Below are positions 1 through 12,000 of a stretch of 64,000 nt of DNA, in pieces (positions within the stretch are counted from its first letter, which is position 1; each line of letters opens with the position of its first letter). Made by a program: the position numbers and the translations under genes. The notes under the pieces were generated by a model that did no database searches, was not told the origin of the DNA, and saw only the letters and a program-made list of their open reading frames with translations. Origin of the DNA: Lama guanicoe (Eukaryota); contig MU053758.1 in NCBI GenBank assembly GCA_013239625.1, forward strand, positions 2,915,854-2,979,853, given 5' to 3'.

Positions 1-1162
1 TCTCTCTCTCTCCGCAACTGGAGCCTCCCTTGCCTGTTCCTGGAATTTGGAGAGGAGGAGGAGGAAGAGGCCGGCAGACAGACCTCCCACACTCTAGCCT
101 GCCCGCCTGGCATCGTGGGGAAATGAAATAGGTGCTATGGAACTAAGGTTTGCCTGCCTTCCCCAGACCTTCCAACATATATCACAGAGTCCGTGGTGGG
201 GGTGGGGGACAGGAGGCAGGTCTCACAGAAGGTGCCTGGGCTGCCCCCCCCCACCAGGCAGCTATGCCTCCTTCTACCCAGCATCCCTCCAGGGCCCCTA
301 CCGGGACCTCCAGGCACCACTGTCAGCCTGGAGAGCGGGTGGAGGATTAGGCTGCTGCCAGCCTGGCCGGCACCTGTTGCCAACCCCCAGCCCTGTAACT
401 GGAGCTGGCCGGGGAGCGGGGCTGCAAAATGACAGGTGGAATTTCTGCAGCCAGGCAACCCCCCACCCACTGGATATGCCTTTCCCTTCCGGGCCCCGGA
501 ACAAGGAAAGCCTGCTCCCCCCTCCCACCGCCAAGTGTCAACCTGATCTCGCAGATGATGTCCCTATCCTGCCTGTGGGGGCAGGGCCTGGGAGATGGGC
601 AAGGGGATGAGTTTATTTCTCCTGGCCCAGTGACTCCCACCCCCATCACCAGCTGCAGAGCTGCATTGCCCTTGTTCAAGTTTTCTGAGCTCCGCTGCTC
701 TGGCAGGGCTGGGGGGCATGGGGGTGTGTAGATGGGGGTGGTTCTCTGTTAATGTTTTAATTGCATAAAAACTGGGAGCTCAGCTCCAGGCCAGTGGGGA
801 GTCTGGGTCTGGCTGGCCGCCCGGTTTGGGCTAAATATAGTCTGGGACATCTGCAGAGAAGGGGAGGGGGTGGAGGGAGGTTCCATTCCCCCCACCTCTG
901 GCCAAGGTGCCCTCGTCTGGGCGGGCACCTTGGAGCAGGGAGGGGGATTCCTCAGCGCAAAAGGCGCAGGGGAGAGACGGTGGGGGCGGGGCACAGTTGG
1001 GACCTCGCCTGCCTGGAGGCCAGTAGCCGCCTGAGATGAACCCGGAGACTCAGGACTGAGCTGGAGTGGGGCGTGCCAGGGCTGGATCCTGTGTCTCTGC
1101 GCCCCTCCCCCTAGAGCTGCCTGAGGTCAGGCAGTCTCTGTGTGTCACTGCGCCCGGTGGTA

Positions 1163-1175
1163 TGTCACCGTGACC
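1163..1175. promoter_or_regulatory. Estrogen response element-like IR3 in RARA intron 1
   Basis: TGTCA-ccg-TGACC, one mismatch from GGTCAnnnTGACC. Human RARA1 is known to have an intron-1 ERE. Confidence 0.6.
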
Positions 1176-3760
1176 CACTCTGTGTGCCTGTGTATACACA
1201 CCTACCTTGGAGTAGCTCCCTCCCGGCCCCTCCCCTGGAGCCTTTGTCCCCTGGGTCCTACTGCAGTTCCCCAGCCCTCCTTCCTTGTGTCCTTTGCCCC
1301 ACAGTGAAACCTTCAGCCCAGGAATCGAGACTTGAGAAGGGGAAGCTGCGGTGGGGAGTTCTCTGATCTCCAGTCACGGCAGGAAGTGGAAGGGAGGGGG
1401 ACCAAAGGGGGAGAACCATGAGTGGCAGGCGGGGAGGGAGGGTCCATCAGCCCTGTGACCAACCATGCACACTGCGGTGGGGGATGGCCACCCTCCTCGC
1501 TGCCCCTTTCCCTCCAGTTCCAAGTGGGGGAAACTTAGGGGACAGCTGATTCTCCAGGGGCTGCTAACAATCTTCAACGCCCCCCCTTGAAAAAATGTCT
1601 TCCTGTCACGTGGCTGTCACTTCCTGTCCCACTGTGGTTCCCGGGATGTTTGTTATTGGTTGCCATGGAGACGGCCGCCTTGGGCCGCTACCCTGGTTCT
1701 TGTGGGGAGGGAGCTGCTCCTCCCCCTAGGCCCACAGTTGGGGGGGTTGGGGGACCTGCCCAAGGGGCTGTTTCAGGCTGAGTGTGTGTGGTCTCCGATG
1801 CCCCAGATCCCCCAGGGCCCCCCAGACTTCTGTCTGTGGGAAGGAGTCACAGCCACCCACTCAGACTGAGTGTTGCAGAGACTGTGACCGCGTCTGGCTG
1901 TTTGGCTGTGGCTGCCTGTGAGCCTGACTGACTGTGCAGACCATGCTCCTTCCAGCGTGGGTCCCGCCGCCTCAGAAAAACGACCAGTCCCTATCCCCCT
2001 TTCACTTTGGAGCCTTCTCCCGTCATGTGTTCTCATGGCAACTACCCTCCCCAGGTAGTTTCTGTAGCTTCTAGGGGTCCAGGCTGGAGTGAGGGGGCAT
2101 TCTGCGCAGGCTCCCCGGTTGTGTGTGTTTTGGAGGTGGTGGTCTGCAGAGCATCCTCTACCCTCCACAGGGCCTGCACCAGCTTCTGCCTGACCCCGCA
2201 GGCCCTGTGCATTACTGGGCAGACCCTGGGACTCTGTGACCATCCTTTCCATCCCCTGGTGGGCTTCTCTGTTCAGCTAGGGATGTAGAGGGGAAGAGAC
2301 TCTTTAGCTCCAGGCCCAACTGAGTAGGCCGGTGCTTAGTAGGAAGTTCCTGGGGGGCCGATGGATGGGGGATATGGGGCGGGGCACAGTCTGACTCAGG
2401 CCTGGTCTGGGGTCAGAGCCAAAAGGATATCCTGAGGCAGGAGGGGGCCGTTCCCGGCTTCCCTGCAGCCTGGGTCCCCAGGGAGGGATGCTGGGAGGGG
2501 TTTGGTAGTACTGTGTCCTGCTGACAGCCTGTCTGCCCTGGGCTTCAGTCTCAGGGTTGGAGGGGTGGATTGCTGTAGCCTTGCACACACACCTCCAGGC
2601 ACAAACTCACGCGCGCACACACACACGCACACTCCCCTACCTGCTGCTCTGTGTGTGCCCCCCCCATTGTGAGAGTTGTGCTTCCTGCCCACTGCAGAGG
2701 GGAGACAGTGGTGAGGGGGCAGCTGCCAAGGTGGGGGTGGGGAAAGCCCCGTGCCAGGCTGATTGTCAGGACGGTGGTTTCCAAGCTGGGGGGGTCCCCT
2801 TTTGTCTGTGCCCCTTCGGTCCCCAACCCGGACAGGGCTGCCTTTGTGTGGTCCACACGCTCCTGTGGTCTGGCTGTGGCCTCAGCGGCCTCATCTCTTC
2901 CTCTTCCTGTTTTCTTCCTTCCCTGTGGGTCGGTCCCTTTCCTGGAGGCCTGGGCTGCCCCCTGCCCTTTCACCTACTCTCTGCTCTGAGAGAAACCTGG
3001 GTGGGAGGCTTCAGCTCTGGTTCTGGGTGGGCCCCTCAGCCACCCCGGGGCTTCAGAGCCCTGAGCACCTTTCCCAGGGGCTCTGGGTGTGGTCCCTGGG
3101 GCTGCAGGAGTAGGGATACTGCCCTGGCTGGCAGAGACCCCCAGCTTCGTCCTCCCAGAACCGGGCCTGTCCTGGGCTTGGGTTGTGCAGTTGCCCTTTC
3201 TGCCTGGTGTTCAGGCACGGCTGAGATGGTGACACATGGAGGTCAGGCAGCACTGTGCAGCTGGGGTAGAACCTTGGCCTGGTGGGGTACCAGTTGGGGA
3301 GACATCAGACCTGCTTTTCCGGGACTAAGGGCTGCGTCTTGAGACAGTGGGGCACAGACAACATCCAGAGGCAAGACGCTGGACTGCAGCTCTCCCTGGA
3401 CTCTCCCAGGATGTGCTCAGGGCCTGTGCATGCTTGAGACAGGCTTTTGAACAAGTCCTAGCTCCAGCGAGGCAGGCCTGGGCTTCTGAGGGGCTGGTGG
3501 GGAAGAGATGCCCTCCACCTGTCCCAGCCTCACCCCACGGATCCTTCTCAGGTCCTCCTGGGGTGGTCTCTTTCAAAATGAGGCTGGCCTGGCTAGCTTC
3601 CTGCAGCCCAGAGCCGGGTGAGCAAAAGGTAAACAGAAGACCCGAGTGGCCGCCTGCCTTTTGAGGAGAGGAGAGAGGGGCCCCTGGAAAAAAGGGGAAA
3701 AGGGAGTAGTGTTCATCAGTCGGCTGATCTGAGGAGGATGGGGGAAGGGAGACATTGTGG

Positions 3761-3763
<3 letters not shown>

Positions 3764-3807
<44 letters not shown>

Positions 3808-3817
3808 CGCGCGCGCG
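3764..3817. repeat. (TG)18(CG)9 compound microsatellite
   Basis: Read directly from the sequence. Confidence 0.95.
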
Positions 3818-4589
3818 AGTGCGTTTTCCTGGAAAGTTTATAAATAGTTCCAGCCCACTGTTCTGGTTTGAAATCTGCCCTGTCCCGCCCTGCCCTGCTC
3901 TGCCAGCTCCTGGCAGAGGAGGGGGTCCAAAGGGGCCAGGTCTTTGCTCTGCCAGGTCTGGAGTCCCTGCCCCCCACCCCCTAGTTGAGCTTGAGCTTCG
4001 GGTGTCATTTGCATATGATTCATTGACTGTCTAGAATGCTTAGGAAACCCCCATCTCCCCTTCTTTTAAGCTCCCAATCCTTGTCCCCTCCTCTCAGCCC
4101 CTCTGGGACTGCCTGGCTTCTAGTCCTTGGGAGCCCGTTGTTGTGGGGAAACCCAGGGAGCAGAGAGAAAAGAGTGGATGAAGAAGGGGGGCTGGGCCAG
4201 CTGGGTTTGGGGACCCCTGGCTCCTCTCCCCTGAGGGTACAGGAGGAAATAATCTATTTCTCCTCCCCCCTCCCCCTCCCCAAATCCAAAGGTTTCCCTT
4301 TTTTGGTTTGTGAAATGAAAGAAGGGAATTTGGGAAAGGGTTGTGGTCAGGCCTCCACCCACACCCCGAACAGTCCTCACCCCACATTCCTCTTCTCAGT
4401 CTGGGGGGGGGAGCAGACCCTGGGAAATGGGTAATTCTTCTGCCAGCCCAGCCTGCAGATGCTGGCCCTGGTTGGGAGAAGGAAGGGAGAGCTGACACAG
4501 TGCCCAGTGAGGCACAGAGCAGGGAGCCACCCAAGTGGTGCTGGTGGGCTTGGGGGAGGAGGGGACCCTGTCAACCCGAACCTCCTATT

Positions 4590-4765
4590 TGCCAGGCTCT
4601 ATGCTCGGTGCTTTCCAGGACTTTTATCTCTTAAATCACATAACCAGTTGTTGAGGTAGGCAGTTCACAGGCGAGTAAACAGATGCTCAGAGAGGTTATG
4701 TGACTTGCCTAAGGTCACCCAGAGTGGCAGAGCTGAGATTTGACCCTTCAAACCTCTGCTTCTTT
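4590..4765 (-). mobile_element. MIR
   Basis: Core ctcagagaggttatgtgacttgcctaaggtcac...gcagagctgagatttga. Confidence 0.7.
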
Positions 4766-6675
4766 CACGGCTGGTTCTTTATAGCTCAGTCAGCTCTTGC
4801 TTCTTCCCCAGGGTGTGACTCTGGGGACATAACGAACGCCTGACCCTGGAGAAGGGATCCTGGCACCTTTTAGGGGTGAGGGAGGCCCCAGAGGACAGGG
4901 GTGCATGGCTGGTGGCAGCCCCCATCCCACCCCTCTTTCTCCCCGTGCCTAGCATGGGCTCCGAATGTGGGAGGTACGGGCCTGTGGTTTTTCTCTCCGA
5001 CGAGGGTGCCCATGGGCAGTGGAGGTGGCAGGCATAGGGTGGAGGTTGGATGTGGGTAATTTGTTTTCCCTTTCTTTGGTGCTGGTTTCGATTCTCTGAC
5101 AGTGTCTTCTCTACCCCTGGGTGCAGGGGGCCAGGGCCCAGGCATCTCCCCAGGGGTCATGGTTCCAGAGGGGCCTTCTGAGGCAGGGCCTGTGCTCTTT
5201 GGCCCCGCCCCCATCATCCCTGCCCTTGCCCATCCCTGTTCCTTGGCCAGTCTGGCCGTTGGCCCATTTCTGTGACCTTTACCCCCTCCCTTGGCTCAAG
5301 GCTTCCCCTGGGGAGCTGAGTAACTTTGCACTGAAGTTTGCAGGCTGAGAGCTCCTTTAGTGAGGCTCTGATGGGGGAGGGGGAGGGGGGCCTTCCAGCC
5401 TCTCCCTGGGGTGTGTATCTGTGGGCGAGATTTTAAGTATGGTCCAGTTTCAAACTACTTGGGAGCAGAGTTAAGGCTTTGAGGTGGTTGCTGTTAATCT
5501 CTCCTCTAAGGTCAAGGGTGGGCTTCAGAGGGTCCAGACTGAATCTGCCCCCACCCCTCCAAAGCCAGGTCAGTATGTATGGGGTCTGGAGTGAATAGCT
5601 TCCTGGGCCTCGGCCTCGGGCCTCACTTCAGGGAGCGGGCCCCTGGGTGGACCTGAATCCACCCGACTGTTTCTCAGAGGGTGCACCTCTGTGCATATTT
5701 GGACCCTGGGTCGGCAAGGAGGCAGGTGCGGAGGCCAGCCTGGCTGGGTGAGGGCCAGGGGATGTGCAGTTTGGGAAACCGTGGGGCTGTGGTTGTGTGT
5801 CTGTGGGGAGCTGTGTCCCGGACTGTGCACGCAGGCCTGGAGCCGGCTTCACTGTGTGTGGAGCCCTGGTGTGGAAAGGTCGCACCCCCAGGTTCCCTCT
5901 CCTCACGTGCCACGTGCACGCCCGCACACACACAGGCTGGGCGTGCAGAAGTGCTCTTGCCCACCGGATGCTTTCCATAGACCTGCGTATGTGAGTTTCT
6001 GCAAGTGTGTGTGTGTGAGTGTGTGTGTGTGAGAGAGGGTCTGACTGTCAACGCCAATGAGGCTCAGGCAGCCCCTCCTTCCCTTGCTGGCTCGAGTTCC
6101 CCTTGTGTGGGGCCCCTCAGGGGTTGGGGGAGCCAGGGCGGCAGCTGGCCCGATGGGTGGGGCCCCTGTTTCTCTGACGTCAGCCTCTCTCCGGCCTGGG
6201 AGGGAATCAGCAGGGGCCCGGGGAGGGAAGGGGGCACCTCACTCAGAAATAAGGAGAGAGGCCCTATGGTTGTCATAATTAGTAACAGTGAAAAATCATG
6301 GTCATTAACCAGGTCCAGATTTCTCTCCTAGGGGAGTTGCCCCCTCCCTAGCAAGTACCTGTCCCCACCTCCCCTCCCTCAGCCCCTCACAGGCACAGGC
6401 TGGCTGGCTGGCTGAGCTGGGCCCAGAAGTCCTGGCCTCATCCACAGTGGCCTTGGCAGAACTCCCCATCCCAGGCATGGTCCTCGGCCAAATACTGGCC
6501 GTGTGTGTGTCCCCTGGATTCCAGGTCTGAGCCTGGAGCTTGGAACCTGGTATGGCCTGAGCTTGGGGAGGAAGGGGTTGGAAAGGGAGGCAGTCCTTAT
6601 TTTGGGTCTCTGTGGCTCTGTTTTCTTCTTTTGTTTTCTTTTTCTTTCCTTTCTCCCTTCCTTTCTCTCTGTCTT

Positions 6676-7415
6676 CTTTTTGACAGCTTAATGGAGATGT
6701 CATTCATATACCATAAAATTCACCCCTGAAAGTGTACAATTCAGAGAGAATTTTGTATTTTCACAGAATGGTGCAACTATCACCACAATCACTTTAAGAA
6801 AATTTTCATCACTCCCAAGAGAGCCCCCATACTCACTAGCAGGCACTTCCCATTTCTCTCAAACCCTTGTCCCAGTGCCTGGTAACCACAATTGACTTTC
6901 CGTCTTTATAGATTTGCCTCTTTTGGACATTTCATATAAATGGAATCATACAATATGTGGTCTTTTACAACTAGCAGAATGTTTTCAAGGTTTACCCACG
7001 TTGTAGTGTATAGATCAGTATTTATTCCTTTTTATGGCAGAATAGTATCTCATTGGATGGATGTACATTTTATTTCTCCATCATCAGCTGCTGGACATTT
7101 GGGACAGTTCTACTTTTAGGCTGTCAGGAATGCTGGTATGAACATCCACGTGCAAGTTTTTGTGTGGACTTGTGTTTTCATTTCTCTTAGGTAGATACCT
7201 AAGAGTGGAATTGCTGGATCATAAGACTCTGTGTGTAACCTTTTAAGGAACTGCCGTACTGTTTTCCAAAGCAGCTGCACCATTTTACATTCCCACCAGC
7301 AATGTGTAAGGGTTTCAGTTTCTCCACATCCTCACACACTTGTTAATATCAGTCTTTCTGACTGTAGCCATCTTAGTGGATGTAAAGTGGTATCTCATCG
7401 TGGTTTTGATTGGCC
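6676..7415 (-). mobile_element. Old L1 (L1M-type) 3' fragment
   Basis: Typical antisense L1 3'UTR/ORF2-end text (tggaatcatacaatatgtggtc; agtggaattgctggatc; cattcccaccagcaatgt). Confidence 0.85.
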
Positions 7416-8504
7416 ATATTTTTGTCTGTCTCTTTGTCTTTCATGTGTCATATATTCATATATGTATGTGTATATATATGCATCTCATATATAATACATG
7501 CATCTGTATTTATTTACATATATCCTCCTATACCCCAAGTGGATTTGAAGCATCGTTTTGTGGATAGTTCTTTCTCCATCTCTTTCTTTGCTCTTGTTGC
7601 TGTCTGTCTCATTGTGCCATGGAAATTTCTGGGTTCATCTCTGTTTCTTGCTACCCATGTTGTTATCTATGCATGTCCTCTGGTCCCAGCTGTTCAAACA
7701 GGGTGTGGATCTGTGTGCACACTGGAGGGGGGGGGCATCTGGCCTTTCATCTTCTGCCTACCTCCCACCTCTCCAAGGATGTTGCTTCTGCAGAGTATGT
7801 GAGTGAACTCTGAGATAAGTCTCCCTTGCCTGGGGGTAGGGGGCTTCCACGCCCAGCAGTCCCTGTCCTCCTAGCCCACTGCCCACCCCTGGCCAATCAT
7901 GCTGTTGAGCATTGGAGGTGGTACCCAGGAGTCCTCGGTTCCCTTTTCCTTATTTGTGTGTATGTAATCGGGCCTCCTCCCTGGGCCTGTGGGACAAACC
8001 CATCTGGGGTGCTCTGGTTGGATTTGGGGGGGAAGTGGTGTAAGAAGGGCCCCCTGGCTTAGGAGTCATTTTTCTGAGAAGTGCCAGTGCTTTAGGGAAG
8101 CGGCTTTTCTTCCTCCTCCCTCCTCCCCTCAAGCACACGTTCTCTGCATCTTGACCTCAGGTAACCCGCTTTAGGGGAAGGAGGGCCAGCTGCCTTCCTT
8201 TGCTGCAGGAATCCTCTGGGGTGGCATGGCACTGGGGACCCCTTCCGCTCAGGATTGTGAGTGAGAGGACTTCGGCCCTGGGCTCTGTCCCTGTCTCCCT
8301 AGCCTGGCAGTGCTGGCCTACCACCCCCAACAGTGTCTGGGCCCTGCTCCCAGGCCGTCTCTGCCAGCCAGGCATGGTGCCAGCTGTCTGCTCAGCCGGG
8401 TGCCGCGGGAAAATCTCTGGCCGCCCAGGTTGGGGAGGTCCACGGGGAATGCCCGTGAGCCCCGTTCCTTGGTGCCCACTCACCTGTCTTTCCTCATTCT
8501 ACAG

Positions 8505-8868
8505 CACCACAGGACATGGCCCCCGCAGCTGCTTCGCCGGGGCCCATCTAGGACAGCATCCTTTTCGGCGCCTTGAAGGCCAGCTCTGGACCTTCCCGGG
8601 AAAGTGCCAGCTCACGGATCTCCGAGACCACAGGACCAGCTCTTGGGACGTCCCCCAGCCCACCTGGCCCCCAGCTAGAGTGGGGGCTCCAGGAGGCTGA
8701 GATTAGCCTGCTAGCCTTGGACGGCAGCTCCAGGACAGAAGAGGGGGTGGGCTGACCACCCAAACCCCCTCTGGGCCCAGGCCCCATGCCCCGAGGAGAG
8801 GCGGCCTGAAGCCCGCCAGAGCCTCTCTCCAGACTGTCTGCCTGCACTTCTGACTGTGGCTGCTTGGC
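8505..8868 (+). other. RARA: RARA1 exon 2, 5'UTR portion
   Basis: Pyrimidine tract plus acceptor tcattctacag|CACCACAGGACATGG at 8504/8505. The sequence resembles the recalled human RARA1 leader and runs into the ATG at 8869. The non-coding exon 1 lies upstream of the window. Confidence 0.8.
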
Positions 8869-9046
8869 ATGGCCAGCAACAGCAGCTCCTGTCCAACACC
8901 TGGGGGAGGGCACCTCAATGGCTACCCAGTGCCCCCCTACGCCTTCTTCTTCCCCCCCATGCTGGGTGGACTCTCCCCACCAGGCGCTCTGACCACTCTC
9001 CAGCACCAGCTTCCGGTTAGCGGCTATAGCACGCCATCCCCGGCCA
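8869..9046 (+). CDS. RARA: Retinoic acid receptor alpha isoform 1, first coding exon (A region)
   Basis: [59 protein letters not shown](T); donor A|gtaagt; 178 nt, phase 1. Confidence 0.97.
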
Positions 9047-12000
9047 GTAAGTGGGGTGGCTGGCGCTGTGGGAGGGGGTGGGAGAGGGCTGTGGAGGGAG
9101 GCAGGCCTGGGGCTGGGCCTCTGGGCACTTCGGTTCTGCTGTAGCAGCGAGGTCTTCCCTAGATAAGGGGGACCGTTCTTTGGGGGCTCGAGGATGAAAG
9201 GCTGATAGGCTGATCTACAAGGTGGTGTGTCTGATGTTGGGGGGCAGAGGAGTGATGCGACAGTGCTGTCCCGCGGTGCCCCTTGCACCCCCTCCCTATG
9301 CTCTGCTGTCGAGGGCCTTATAAATAGCTCCAAGAAGTGGACACAGGCTGGAGGCGGGTAAACAAACCTCTCGACATTTGGTGGAAATGGCAGCTCTACT
9401 GAGAGAAGCACCCCACTTCTGCCCCACCCCATCCAGTACCTCTGAGGGAAGAGGCTTGAAGAAGCAGAACCCCCTCCCCTTGCCCTGCCAGCTGCTGGCC
9501 AGCCTGGGTGGTACTTCCCTTTGTGGGGAAGGTGAGAGGGAGGGGCCCCAGGCAGCCTGGTGGACACGGGGTGAGTGTCCCAGGAGGGGGCGCTCAGCCT
9601 GGACTCTGGCTGTGGACTCAAGTCTGCTCTTGTCAGGGCTGTGTTTTCTCTCTGCCTCCGCCCTCTGCCATGGGGGTCGCCTGTTGGCTGGATGGGGGTC
9701 TCGGTACCCTTCCTTGGCTGGCCGAGCCAGGTAGTGGGAGGTGGCTGCAGCTATGGCCAGCTGGCAGAGTCCGGGCCTCGGGCCTGCCAGGCCGCTTACA
9801 GTAACTCTGGCCCCCAGGGCCCAGCTGGGCGCCAGGCCAGCTCTTGGGGGAGGAGGGAGCCGGGGCCTGGCCCCGGGCGGGAGGGGGTGGAAGCAGCAGA
9901 AGGGGCCGTGGACAGCGGGCTGGCTGGTCAGCTGCTAACCTGGGAAACGTGTCCCACCTCTCCTGGCGGGCAGGGACTGAACACCCGGCCCCAGGCACCC
10001 GCCACCCCTCCTATGGCCACTGGCAAGCGGCCTGCACTGCTGCCCCATGTGCCTGGCTAGGCTGGGTCAGCGCTCCCTTCTCAGCATGGGGGCAGTGCAC
10101 TCTGCCCGGAGCCAGGGAGTCTCTTTGTCCCAGGGGCAGGCCCTGGCTGGGCGCCTCACTGCCCGCACTGGCCTTCTGCCCACCGCCACCACTGCTTCCT
10201 GGATTGCCTCCTCTGGCTGCACGGTGGCCCCCTCCCTCCCAGCCCCAATAGCTGCTGGGAGCAGGGGCTCGAAGTCTGCTCTCCTTTAGGTCCCCACCCT
10301 TTAAGCCCTGGGCAGGGGGCAGGTGGCAGGTGGCTGCGGCCTACTCAAACCTCCACCTTCTGTTTCCTCCCTTAAGAGTGTGCAGTGGGCAGCGTCTTGA
10401 CCTGGGAGTAGGGGAACATCGTTGTGGCCTGGTCTTCAGGCTGTGCTGGGCGATGGGGGAGGCCAGGCTCTGGGTTCAGGGTGGCTGGGGAATGAGTGTA
10501 TGTGTCTGTCCCTCCTGGGATCTGGGTGTGATAGGTGCTGCTTCTTCAGGGACTGGGATTCATATCCCAGCTCAGGTAAATGGAGCATCTGTTTCCTGCC
10601 AGGGTGGGATTTTTAGGGAGGGAGAAGTTAGGGGCCCGCAGACTGATGCCGGTGGACAACCTGTTTTTCCCAGGTGATGGAAACAGAGCCCCAGACACTC
10701 TGTCCACCTGGGGCCTGGACTCACGAGGGTTGGAGGGGTCTGGCCTGGCCCCTGTCCTTGCCCTGTCCTAGGCCTGATGAGCAAATGTTTTGCCCTCTCT
10801 TTGAATGTTGCAAGCTTCTTCCTCTTTCTTAGAGGTGGGTGGGGAGGGCTTCCGGGTCCCCTGCTTCCCACCCTGGTAAGCTTCTCCCCCCAGGGCGGGG
10901 TGCCCACATTTCGGGCAAGTGGAGCCTTCTCTGGCTTTCCCCACCCAGGTTAGGCAATGCCCCCTTCCTGCCCCCTCCCTCTGTGAGCCTGTGGGTTTCC
11001 CTGCCCTCTCCTAGTAAACAAAAACAATTTCTCTTCCTACCCAGAGCCCCAGCTTCTGAGCTTCTCCCTCATCTTCCCCTTCTCTGGGAGCAGAGGTGTG
11101 GCTGTGAGCCAGCAGGAATCGGCCATTTCCCTCCTTCTTGGGCAGGGCTAGGGGGGCCTGGTGACCCCGGCTCTCAGCTGTGGGTAGCAAAGTGCGACAG
11201 CTCAAGGTTCAGAGATGGAGGTAGCCTTGCCTTTCCCGCTCTCCCCACGGTAGGCTGGGCTGATGCTGGGGTCAGGCAGCTCCTAAGAGAGGTGGACATC
11301 TGTGGCCCCCATTCCTGCCAGGAGCAATGACAGGCTTTGGCCCTCTGCCACCCTTTCTGTAGGAAACCTTGCCCGTGAGGTGAGGCTCCCTCCTCCCACT
11401 TCCCATCAGCAGAGGTGTTCGGAGAGTTCCCCCTCTGTTGCCCATTCTTTTCCTCAAGTTGGGAGGAGTCTGGATCTTGGGTGTATCCTTCAAAGACCGG
11501 GTGGCCTGTGAAAGGACAGAGCTATTGTCCAGGTCACTTGGGGGAAGGGTGGGTATTTATCCTGCTATAGTCTCCTAGGGAGCCAGAGTGGGATGCTCCA
11601 GAGATGGTACAGGATTCCCTTCTAAAGCAGCCCCTGGGCCCTGGTCTCTGAGGACTGGTATTTACTGTAGAGGGTTGGGATTCTGTGTGTCTTGTTGGGG
11701 GGGGGAAGGGGTTGGGTGTATTTTAGGGGTGGGGAGGTCAAGGTCGGGTGTGCCTTGGGAAGGGGATCAATAGCTTCTGGGTATTGGGTGAGGGGGTCAG
11801 AGCGTGTTTGAGGAGAATCTGGTGCTGAGCCAGGGAGGGGCGACTGTGTGCCGGAGGCGGCAGTGACTTGGGGCATAGCGTGTATTGGGGGAGGGCTATG
11901 TGACTGTGTTGTGTGTTTGGGGAGGGAAGGTCTCTATTTCTTATTGCTAGTCTAGGCTGGAGAGGAAGCGAACCTGCTTGTTTTGTTGCTCATGCTGGGA

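Noticed and set aside
6175..6182. Perfect CRE TGACGTCA
   Set aside because: A single 8-mer is expected about once by chance in 64 kb; no supporting context.
8548..9621. 357-aa - strand ORF across RARA exon 2
   Set aside because: TTG start, low-complexity GC-driven composition and no homology evident.
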